NCBI RefSeq assembly: GCF_963921235.1
Contig: NC_086108.1
Location: 13,082,001-13,146,000 of the forward strand
Origin: Mobula hypostoma
Taxonomy: Eukaryota
DNA: 64,000 nt
Direction of reading: 5' to 3'
Positions within the stretch are counted from its first letter, which is position 1; every line of letters starts with the position of its first letter. The position numbers and the translations under genes were made by a program. Shown here in pieces: positions 39,119-49,844 of this stretch. The notes beneath the pieces were generated by a model. The model was not told the DNA's origin. It was given only the letters and a program-made list of their open reading frames with translations, and ran no database searches.

Positions 39119-39121
39119 CTC

Positions 39122-41017
39122 TGCCAAAACCATCAGCCCCTCGTCTCACTCCTGCGTCTGCACAAATTCTTTCCTGGCTACTGCTACGTCTGTCCCAGCT
39201 CCCTCACTACCTCTTGTCTCACTACACTCCTTCTTTTCACTTTCTACCCCCTTCTCGTACAAGGCTGGCAGAAACGTTTCAGCTAAATTCACTACCGCGG
39301 TCCCGTGATGAACCTGTGAGTCCATGGGCGGGGCCTCAATGCTGGCAGGCTGACCTGTCAATCTCACGACTGGGAACACGATTCCCCTGGCGATGTCATT
39401 ACCGAGCAAGACTTCCACGCCTTTCATCGGTAATTCGGACCTCACCCCAATCGTGACTAGTTCAGAGACCAGGTTGCTTTGTAAGTGTATCTGGCGCAAA
39501 GGGACTGACTCTGTCCCTTCCCCAACACCTTTGACCTCTACCTCCCCAGTCTGGGTCTCTGAGCTAAACTCTAATACACTCTTCAGTATTAGTGACTGAC
39601 ACGCTCCCATGTCTCTCCAGATCCGCACTGGAACTGGTTTTAACCCTTCCTTCACTGACACCAATCCGGCCGAGATAAACCTCTCGCACCCTTCCTGAAC
39701 CTTGGCAGACCTGCCCTTCCCTAGCGGTTCGCTTAACAGCTCGATACAGCCATTCAAAATCGCTGTTTTTCCTTTTCCCGTCTCCTTCTTTGGACGCAAA
39801 GTGTCCGGCTTTCCCACAATTATAACAGACGACCCCAGGAGACTTCCTGCCAGACTGCTCCCGGTCTACCTTATCCTTTTCACTAGTCCCTGGCTTACTT
39901 TCTGACTTTTCCGGCGGACTCTCCCCGCCGTCCTGACTACCCTTCTGGTAGCCTTTACTCGAGGCAACCTTCATTTTATGCGTCAACACATACTCATCCG
40001 CTAACTTAGCAGTTGCGGCTAACGTGGCTGCCTCTTTCTCATCGAGGTAGGGTCTCATACCCTCAGGGACACACCTTTAAACTGCTCAATCAGGATCAGC
40101 TGTAGCAGTCTGTCATAATCCCCCTCTACCCCCTTTGAGGCGCACCAACAATCACAATATGTCTGCATCTCACGAGCAGACTCCAAATACGTGCGGTCCC
40201 ACTGCTTCCTCGCATTCCGGAACCTCTGCCGGTATGCCTCCGGGACCAACTCATAAATCCTGAGGATGGCCTCTTTTACCACCTCATACCTCTGGGCATC
40301 TTCTGCGGACAAAGCGGAGTAAGCTTCTTGGGCTTTCCCTTTCAGCACACTCTGAAGTAACACAGCCCACTTATCCCTCGGCCATTCCTGACTTTAGCCA
40401 CTTTTTCGAAATGGAGAAGGTACCAATCCACGTCGGTATCGTCAAATGGGGGAACCAGCCTAACCTCCTGGGTCGCCCGGAACCCTCCACCTTGGTTCGG
40501 CACGAGCCCCTGCTCGGCCCTTATCTTTAACTTCTCCAGCTCAAATTCCCTTTCCCTCTGTTTACCTCTCTCTTCTCACTCCCATTGCCTCTCTTTCTCC
40601 TCTCTCTCCAACCGTCTCTCTCTCTCTTTCTCTTCTCTCTCCAACTGTCTCTCTCTCTCGCCTTTCTACCTCTTTCTCTTTCTCCCGCCTTTCTAACTCT
40701 CTCTCCTGCCTTTCTAACTGCTTCTCTTCGTGTTCTAACTGCCGTACCCAGAACTCGTGCTCGAGTCTCAGTTTTTCAAGCTGTACCTGTACCGCGTCTC
40801 CAGCAGGTTTTTCAATAGACACCACCCCCAGCTCGCCTTGGGGAAACACACCCTTAGATACATAGTGCTCTATGATAGCTCTGTGTATCTCCTCTCTCCT
40901 CATTGTCGACTTCCCCTTAACAAGATTCAACCGTTTGGCCACAGCTACCAATTCCGACTTCCTGGCATCCTCTAATGCCTCCAAGGTCGGCGCCTTTATA
41001 AATTCCTCAGCCTCCAT
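39122..41017 (-). pseudogene. Frameshifted Gypsy gag-protease (SCAN-like capsid, CCH zinc-knuckle start, degenerate DTGA protease)
   Basis: Motifs LVPEAYRQRFR...LLQLILIEQF, CYNCGKAGHFA, RIWRDMGACQSLIL, VEVLLGNDIA. Confidence 0.88.
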
Positions 41018-41116
41018 TTCTGCTGTTTGTCTTTTCTTTCTTTCGGGAATTTTAACCCAATCAATTTACTCCGTCCCAAATTTAGTGTTCAAAATCGCAG
41101 ACGAGAACCCCACTTA

Positions 41117-41979
41117 TGTTATGTACCCCGTAACTGGGTTGCCAAACCAGCAGAAATGGATCACTCAGTTGGAGTCTGGATTACTAGAACTAAGAAAGTT
41201 TTATTAAAGAAACAAGCAACACAGTAATCGAAAGGATAATAAATGCAACAGTTCAGCAATGATAAACATACATGTGCACAGAATTAAGATAACAGCATCA
41301 ATCAAGCTCTATCGTTGTCTAGGGGTAAATGACCAAATTTCAAAGTGACACAAAAGTTCAGTCCAATTTAGTTCAGTTCACAGTAATCGTTGCCATGGCG
41401 ATGGACAATGTGGGGGGAAGGAGAGAGAGAACGAGAACGACTGATCATTCAGACACGGCTTCCACTCACAGACCGGCGATATTGCTCACAAGCAGCTTTC
41501 GGGCAGGTCCTTTGTGATGTCACCTGATGTCACCGACTGTGACCCCTCCTCCAGATGCGGTCGATCCTCTGCAGTGAACCCGGCACCCAAGCGAGGGCGG
41601 ACACACACCGGGTTCCCGCTGATCGTACCTTTCCACCCTGTGCGTTTAAGGTCCAGTACTTCACACCGACTCGTGACAGGCGCACCGCTTCCAGGGTCTC
41701 GTTACCTCGGGTGTCGGGTGTGTTCTGCCTTAGCGAACCTGTCCCTTTTTATCCCCCTGCTGGGGTATCGCCTGTCCATCACTTCAAACAGTTCAGGGTT
41801 CAAAGGGGGAGCCGCTCCAGACAGCTCTCTCTCCCGTCCCTTCATTACACATCTCCAGGCGCTGCTCCATTGTTCCTTATCTCTCCTTCCCCTGAGGAAA
41901 GGTGGCAGACCACTTGCTGATGCCACTGATGCTAACCCAGGCCAGCAAACATCTTAATTTTATGTGTATTCTCGTCACA
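41117..41979 (-). repeat. 5' LTR (863 bp)
   Basis: Direct repeat of 34608-35471; followed on the minus strand by PBS-like tggggttctcgtctgcgat and then gag. Confidence 0.95.
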
Positions 41980-44543
41980 GAGGGGAAGAAGCTGTTCCTG
42001 AATCATTGGGTGTGTGCCTTCAGGCTTCTGTATCTCTTTTTTGATGGTAGCAATGAGACGAGGATATGTCCTGGGTGATGGGGGTCCTTAATAATGGATG
42101 CCTCCTTTTTGAGGCGGAGGCTAGTGCCCACAATGGAGCTGACTAAGTTCACAACTCTCTGCAGCTTATTTCAATCCTGTGGAGTAGCCACCCTCCCCCC
42201 ATACCAGACGGTGATGCAGCCAGTTAGAATGCTCTCCAGGGTACATCTGTAGAAATTTGTTTTGTCTTTGGTGACATACCAAATCTTCTCAAACTCCAAA
42301 TGAAATATAGCCACTGCAATACCTTCTTTGTAGCTGCATCAATATGTTGTGTCTCAGAGATCCTCAAAGGTTTAAATTTCCTTCCTTCCATGTCTCTCTG
42401 TTCCTTTACCTTACAAAATTGTATTAGTTGTTTCAGATCCCAGCATCTGCAGTCTCTTCTATGTCCTGTATCGTCTGGTTAATGTACAGCAGTTTTAACT
42501 TAACCTCCCACAAAATGTATCAGCAGTGGATCACTGTTAAATTCCATCCTCACACACCCACCTTCCCTCCTCTGCCCCCCTGAAGTCTCTCACTGCCGTC
42601 CTCCTTCTTTCACACTCTAGATCTCCAGGAAATGACGCTTCCACTCAAGTCCCCACTATTAGTGTGTATCGAAAGGAGCAGAGATCCCAATCCCCAACTC
42701 CAGGGGCTCCTGCCTGGCAACCATTGCTCACTTCTCTGCTTCCATTCCCAGACAACCTCTGAATCACTCAGGCTTCAGCTTTGCGAAGACACCGATCTCC
42801 TGTATGGTTTCCCTCTAACAAACCTGCGCTAATTGTCAGTTATGATGATGAAGGAACCAAGTGCCACTAACTGTTGTCTCTTGCTGATAGTATACATACT
42901 GTTCGATCTTTGTTTGTTTTCCAATCCTTGGGGTTCTCAGAGAGTCAGGAATGACAAGCAGTCTTAATTCTTACAATTATTTATTTTAAACTAAAAAAAC
43001 AAACATACAAATACTAAGCAAACTCAATAAAGAGCTGAGAAACAGTGGTAAGAAGTAAATGAACGGCAATGAATGCAAAGACAAAAAAGAATAAGGAATA
43101 AAAGATGAAGCCTCTAGAAAGTCCATCACCTTTTATAATCCAGATAACTGGAATTCCTTAGATAAGAATAAACTGATTTTTATAACAGAAGGAAAACTTT
43201 GTGACTTTTGTAATCAATTCTCATTGTGATGAACCATAACGTTCTGTTAGTTTTCTGAATTATGCGTTGTACATGCCCATTAACTTTTAGTGAATCATGT
43301 ACGAAGATCTCCAGTTCTCTCTGTGTCTCTCACTTATCCAGTAAGTTTCGGGCCAGGACTGTATTTCTAATCATCTTATTGATTTCACAAGTCGTCTCTC
43401 GCCCTCCTTTACTCTGAAGAGAAAAGCCCTAACTCGTTCAACCGATCCTCATCATGCACGCTCACTAATCCAGGCAGCATCCTGGTACATCTCCTCTGCA
43501 GCCTCTCTAAAGCTTCAGTATCCTTCCTATAATGAGGTGACCAGAACTGAACACAATACTCCAAGCGTGGTCGAACCAGAGTCTTATAGAGCTACAACAT
43601 TACCTCAGAGCTCCTGAATTCAAACCCCTGACTAATGAAGGATAACACACCGAATGCCTCTTAACCTCCCTATCAATTTGTGTGGCAACTTTGAGGGAAT
43701 CAGTGGACTTGGACACCAAGTTCCCCCTTTTCCCCCACACTGCTAAGAATCGTGCCGTGAACCTTGTTCTCTGCCTTCAAGTTTGAACTCGCACAAAGTT
43801 TATCACTGCCTAACTTTCCAGATTGAATTCTGTCTGCCACTTCTCTTTACAGCTCTGCATTTCATCAATGTCCCATTGTTACCCATGGCAACCTTCTACA
43901 CTATCTACAGTACCACCAACCTTCATGTCATCTGCTGATCTTTGGCCATTTGGTTAACTTTTCTACGTCTTTTTGACACTTCATATATCCTCTCTGCAAT
44001 GTACTCTCCTTGGTTGTGTATTTGGGAAATTAGCAACACAGCTTTGGTGTCTTCCTCCAAGTCACTTAATTGTAAAGAGTTGAGGCCCATGGCATACCAC
44101 TCACTGCTTCTTCCCAACCAAAAATTGCCCATTTATGTCTGTTTCTTGTGAGCCAGCCAGGCAACACCACCTCCCACTCGGTGCTTCTATTTCCCACAAT
44201 AATCATTCACGTACCCTGAGGATTGTTGATTACCTGGACTCTTCTGCTTTTGTGTTTTATGTTCTTTTTTCCACTTTTTTTTGTTGTTTGTGAGATCTGA
44301 TTTATTTTGTGCATGGAGGTGGTTCATGTTTTTTTTTGAACGGTTCCATGGTTATTTCATGGCTGCCTTTGGGGAAGACAAATCTCAGGGTTGCATACCG
44401 CATACATACTTCGATAATGAGTATACTTTGAATCTGGAGTTGAGTTGGAGGCAGTTCTTCATGAAACAATCATGGCAGTGGGCTCATTGTGGCAGCCACG
44501 TTTACTGCTCTGACTTCAATTAACACATTTTCTCTCTTTGCAG

Positions 44544-44687
44544 ATGTGAACGAGTGTCAGATCATGCAAGGTGTTTGTGGTGCAGCATCTTGCGAAAATG
44601 TCCCTGGTTCATTCTTGTGCATCTGCCTGGATGAGAAGGAAGAGTTTGACCCCATAACAGGACGATGCAATCGTCGAGCTGCGCACG
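44544..44687 (+). CDS. LTBP4: LTBP4-like exon, last cbEGF before TB3, (D)[47 protein letters not shown]
   Basis: ctctttgcag acceptor, G|gtacat donor, 144 nt. Close to recalled LTBP4 QGVCGAALCENVEGSFLCVC...EEFDPMTGRC. Confidence 0.92.
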
Positions 44688-45014
44688 GTACATTCCACTC
44701 TCTACCTGCTAAAGGCCTGGACAGTATTAAGCCCCTGCAAGGCTCTTCACAGCCACACTTTCACACTTTGGTGATAGGTGCTGTCAGATTTATTCAATGA
44801 CAAAGAGCATTGTTACAGTAAAGCGGCCATTAGTTTGTGGATTTCAGGCAGCATTCTGTGCACAGAGGCATTTCCCGATGATATAATTGATTCACATTAT
44901 TCCGGGATCGAAAGGCTTATCATATGAGCAGCGTTTGATGGCTCTGGGCCTGTACTCACTGGAATTCAGAAGAATGAGGGGGGACCTCATTAAAACCTGT
45001 TGAATGTTGAAAGG

Positions 45015-45285
45015 AACAAACAACAGGAATTCTGCAGATGCTGGAAATTCAAGCAACACACATAAAAGTTGCTGGTGAACGCAGCAGGCCAGGCAGCATC
45101 TCTAGGAAGAGGTGCAGTCGACGTTTCAGGCCGAGACCCTTCGTCAGGACTGACTGAAGGAAGAGTGAGTAAGGGATCCCTTCAGTTAGTCCTGACGAAG
45201 GGTCTCGGCCTGAAACGTCGACTGCACCTCTTCCTAGAGATGCTGCCTGGCCTGCTGCGTTCACCAGCAACTTTGATGTGTGTTG
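45015..45285. mobile_element. Fold-back Penelope pLTR-derived element with two hammerheads and 17-bp TSD, inserted in a CR1 fragment
   Basis: Inverted arms at 45054-45160 and 45179-45285. TSD tgttgaatgttgaaagg at 44998-45014 and 45281-45297. Confidence 0.9.
45188..45223 (+). ncRNA. Minimal hammerhead ribozyme motif, sense to the host pre-mRNA (mirror copy at 45116-45151 on the minus strand)
   Basis: agtc ctgacga agggtctcggcct gaaac gtc gact: intact catalytic core and stems. Confidence 0.8.
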
Positions 45286-47220
45286 AATGTTGAAAGGCCT
45301 TGATAGAGTGCATGTGGAGGGGATGTTTTCTCTGGTGGAGGAGTCTAAGAGAGCTTCAGAATAGAGGGGCGTCCTTTAGAACAGTGAGGAGGAAGTTGTA
45401 GTGAATCTGTGGAACTCATTGGTACAGGTGGCTGTGGAGGCCAAGTTATTGGATACATTTAAGGCAGGGATTGATAGAATCTTAGTTAGTCAGGGCATGA
45501 AAGGATATGGAGAGAAGGCAGGAGACTGGGTCCGAGAGAGAAATAGATAAGCCACTGAAATGGTGGAGCAGACTCGATGGGTCAAGTGGCCTAATTCTGC
45601 TCCTATATCGTATGGGCTTCTAACAGAGCACTGGGAAAATTAGAAAGTTCTGCTGTAGTATCAAAGCACTGAACAAATGCAGGAAATATCAGAGAGATTA
45701 TGGAAAGATTAAAAAAACTAGGTTGTTGTAGTGCAGGGCTTTCCAAACCCTTACTTAAAAGTGTTGGTCCACGGCATAAAAAAGGATGGAACCCCTGTTG
45801 TATTACATAACTTCAACTTCCCCTGTGCAGATGGGGACCTCCCTAGGTTTAGATGGGACAGAATTTTGTCAGGTGTGTTTCTTAAATAAGAAAAATCAGA
45901 ATGTAGATAGTCTCATGAGAGGAGAGGCCATGCTGGATCTGATTGCTGGGAAATGTCAAATCAAATCAAATTTAATTACTATTCAGCCATACATGGATGC
46001 AGCTGAGCGAAACAGCGTTCCTCAAGATGCAAAATATACACTGCAGATTCAAAAAGCAAGCAAAAAAGACCTATTCATACAAATATATATATAGTCGAAG
46101 ACATAGAACAAAATATCCCAGAAATTGATAGTACAGTTTCCAGCAAATGTGCCTGTCATAGAACACCCGAAGACAGCACCAATGGGAGAGGCCAGCCCCC
46201 AACCAAGCACGGACGCCACGCTACACCGCCTCAGGCATCTCCTCACCTGGACTGCAGCAGCAGGCAAGCCCATGGCTTGAGGCCTAGTCCTCGCTACAGC
46301 TGAGGTTATGCAGCTCCCACTCTGTCTGCCTTGTCACTTGCTTCCCTTGTTGGTGCCTGGACAGGTGACCTAACTGTCAGTAGAAAAGCAGTTAGCGAAC
46401 AGTGAATAGGCAACATTATTGCAACTTTATAGAACATTGGTTTGGCCACATCTGGAATATTGCATATAGTTCTGGTACAGGAGGGATGTTAAGGCATGCA
46501 GAAGAGGTGTGCAGATGTTGCCAGGTTGAGAAGCATGTGCTATCATGAGAAGCTAGACAACCTTGGGTTGCTTTCTTTGGAACAGCAGAGGCTGAGAAGA
46601 GATCTGATTGAGGTTTACAAGATTATGAGAGGCATAGGTAGAGAAGATGGGGAGTATTTTTCCCCTTTGAAGATGAGGGGGGTGGGTTCAAAGGGGATGC
46701 GAGAGTAAGTGTTTTACTCAGAGAGTGGTGGATGCCTGGAATGTGCTGCCTGGTAAGGTGGTAGAGGCAAATACGTTAGAGGCTTTTAAGAGATGTTTAG
46801 ATAGGCACATGAATATGAGGAAGATGCAGGGATATGGACATTGTGTAGGTATGAGGGATTAGTTGTTGGGTGTTTTTAACTTACTTTTTAGCTGATTCAG
46901 CACAATATTGTGGGCCGAAGGGCTTGTTCCTGTTCTATGTTCTAGTGGCCTCAACTCCTTAAATGTTAAGAGAACTCCAGATAAGGATCTTGGACTAATT
47001 GGAGCATGCAAATTCCAAAATATTAGGCAGAAACTAGGGGAGGGTTGACCAGGACAGCTGTTTTTAGTCAAATCCACAAGCAGAGGGTGTTCGTAAACCA
47101 GCTGCACAGAGTACAGGTGGCGGAAGGAAGGACAAGGTCAGGTAAACTTGGATGTTGAGAAATCTGATGAATTTTGCCAAGAAGTAAAAGGAAACATACA
47201 AGACCCTAAGACTATAAGAT

Positions 47221-49547
47221 TAATTAATTAATTAATTAATAGCTCCGTCAGTCTAAGTAGACAATGGGTGCGCCCGGTTTAGGACTCAATTGGGTGTGGA
47301 ACAGCGTTGGCTGTGGCTGAATAAGCCGATCCTTGCGCGGCAGTCCTTGGCACGGTTGCTGCACACGAAGGCTGATGGCTGATGGCTGCGGCTGGGTAGT
47401 CACTGCCACAGCTTCCCTTCTCTCTCTTCTGTCCGACCACAGTCGAGTTCGTTTTTCCTCTGCATCGGTAATGCCTGTACGTACAGCCTGTCGCCGGGTG
47501 TGGCGATTTGCAGCCGTCTCTTCCCAAGTGTCCACCCTGATATCAGCAGACTGCAGGTCACGTTTACAAACGTCCCTGTAACGCAGCAGTGGGCGCCCTG
47601 TGGGCTGGGATCCTGCAGCGAATTCTCCGTATAGGATGTCCTTGGGGATGCGGCCATCCTGCATGTAGCGGACATGGCCAAGCCAGCGCAGTCGTCACTG
47701 TGTGAGAAGGACATACATGCTTGGCATGCTGGCCTGGTCCAGGACGTCCGTATTTGACATGCGGTCTTTCCAGGAAATACCCATGATCCGACACAAGCAC
47801 CGTAGGTGGAAGCTGTTCAGGTGGTGCTCTTGGCGTGTGTAGGTTGTCCAACTCTCGCTGCCATAGAGAAGGGTACTCAGTACGCAGGCTCTGTACACTG
47901 CAATCCTGATGGCTGTGGTGAGCTTGTTGTTTTTCCACACTCTCTTTGACAGCTTGGCCATAGCAGCGGCGGCTTCCCCTATTCGCCTGTTGAGCTCTGG
48001 GTCGAGGGACAGGTTGCTGGAGACTGTCGATCCTAGGGAGGTGAATTCATCTACCGCTTGCAGGGTGCAGTCACCGATGCTGATGCTGGGGGCTTCGCTG
48101 ACGCCCTGGCCCATGATCTCTGTCTTCTTCAGACTGATGGTGAGGCCAAACTCTTGGCAAGCATGTGCCAGGGAACTGACTAGCCTCTGGAGACCAGACT
48201 GTGTGTGTGATGTCAGGGCAGCATCATCAGCGAAGAGTATCTCCCGCAACAGGTCAAATACAGCCACAACCATGGAGGAGAGGTGGCAATTCATTCGTGA
48301 TACCATCTACAACACCGCCATGTCATCCCTCGGAAGAAGGAGAGGAAAAACCAAGACTGGTTTGAACCTCACCTGCCTGAGATGGAACCTGTCATTGATG
48401 CCAAGAGAGAAGCTCTGATCCACTACAAAAGAGACTCATCAGAAAAGAATCTCACTGCACTGAGAATAGCAAGAAACAACGCTCAAAGGACAACTAGACG
48501 CTGCGCAATTGACTACTGGCAGAACCTGTGCCAGAACATCCAGACCTGTGCCAACAGTGCCAACGTGCAAGGCATGTATGAGGGGGTGAAGAAAGCCTTC
48601 GGGCCCACCGCTAGCAAGGTCGCTCCGTTGAAGTCCAAGGATGGTGAAGTCATCAAAGACTGTGCCAAGCAGATGGAGAGGTGGGCCAGGCACTACCAGG
48701 ACCTGTACTCCACTGAGAACATGGTCACTGAGTCAGCCCTTGCCAGTATCCCTGCCCTACCTGTCATGAAAGAGCTGGACCTACCCCAAAAAGAGGAAGA
48801 ACTCAGCAAGGCCATCGACTCGCATGCTCACAGCAGGGCACCAGGCAAAGATGGCATCCCTGCAGAAGTGATCCAGTGCGGGAAACCAGTGCTCCTAAGC
48901 CATCTTCACGAGCTGCTCTGCCAGTGCTGGCAGGAGGAATCAGTTCCCCAAGACATGCGAGACGCAAACATCATCAGATTGTTGAAGAATAAGGGAGACA
49001 GCAACGACTGTAACAATTACAGAGGCATATTCCGGCTCAACACCATCGGCAGGACATTTTCCTGAGTGATTCTGAAGCAACTGCAGACACTGGCAGAACG
49101 CATCTACCCTGAGTCCCAGTGTGGCTTCAGAGCAGAGAGGTTCACCATCGACATGACCTTCTCACTCAGACAGCTACAGGAGAAGAGCCGGGAACAGAGA
49201 CAGCCTTTGTATATTGCCTTCATCGATCTGACCAAGGCTTTCGACCTGGTTAGCAGAAAAGGCCACTTCGCACTCCTGAAGAAGATCAGATGCCCTTCAA
49301 AGCTGCTGAATCTCATCGCCTCTTTCTACGACGGCATGCAGGGGACAGTACAATTCGTTAGATCATCCTCAGAGCCCTTCCCCATCCAAAGCAGAGTGAA
49401 GCAGGATTACGTCCTGCCCCAATGCTCTTCGGGATCTTCTTCTCCCTCGTACTGTTGTACGCTTTCAGGACATCTGATGACGGAGTGTACCTACACACTA
49501 GGTCCGACGGCAAGCTCTTCAACCTTGCACACCTCAGAGCAAAGACT
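47221..49547. mobile_element. RTE-clade LINE with inverted 5' segment
   Basis: The 3' part is on the minus strand at 47221-48252 (LFADDAAL, LSTLLYGSESWT, DGRIPKDILYGE, (TTAA)n tail). The upstream RT part is on the plus strand at 48253-49547 (APGKDGIPAE, ESQCGFR, FIDLTKAFD). 13-bp TSD aagactataagat. Confidence 0.92.
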
Positions 49548-49844
49548 ATAAGATATAGGAGCAGAATTAGTTTAGAGAGCACAGTTTTAAGGTGCTTGGA
49601 AGTAGGTAAAGAGGAGATGTCAGGGATATTTTTTTTAACACAGAGTGTGGTGAGTGTGTGGGATGGGCTGCTGGCGTCAGTGGTGGAGGTGGATACAATA
49701 GGGTCTTTTAAGAGACTCCTGGATAGGTACATGGAGCGTAGAAAAATAGAGGGCTATGAGTAACCTAGGTAATTTCGAAAGTAAGTACATGTTCAGTACA
49801 GCATCGTGAGCCTGAATTGTGCTGTAGGTTTTCTATGTTTCTAA

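Larger units (their letters stand above)
34608..41979 (-). mobile_element. Gypsy/Ty3 LTR retrotransposon (Gmr1-like), internally deleted, with nested CR1
   Basis: LTRs at 34608-35471 and 41117-41979 (TG...CA); 5-bp TSD GAGGG at 34603-34607 and 41980-41984; PPT at 35472-35483; degenerate tRNA-Pro-like PBS at about 41094-41113; remnants of gag, protease, integrase and RT. Confidence 0.95.

Noticed and set aside
42834..43389. Possible solo LTR (tgtcag...ttcaca, minus-strand TATA and AATAAA)
   Set aside because: No TSD and no second copy in the window, so it cannot be supported.
45049..45293. Near-identical 73/74-aa ORFs on both strands
   Set aside because: A by-product of the inverted repeat; no evidence of coding.
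47221..49547. Horizontal transfer of the GC-rich RTE element
   Set aside because: RTE families are known for horizontal transfer, but composition alone is not evidence. It would need a cross-species search.
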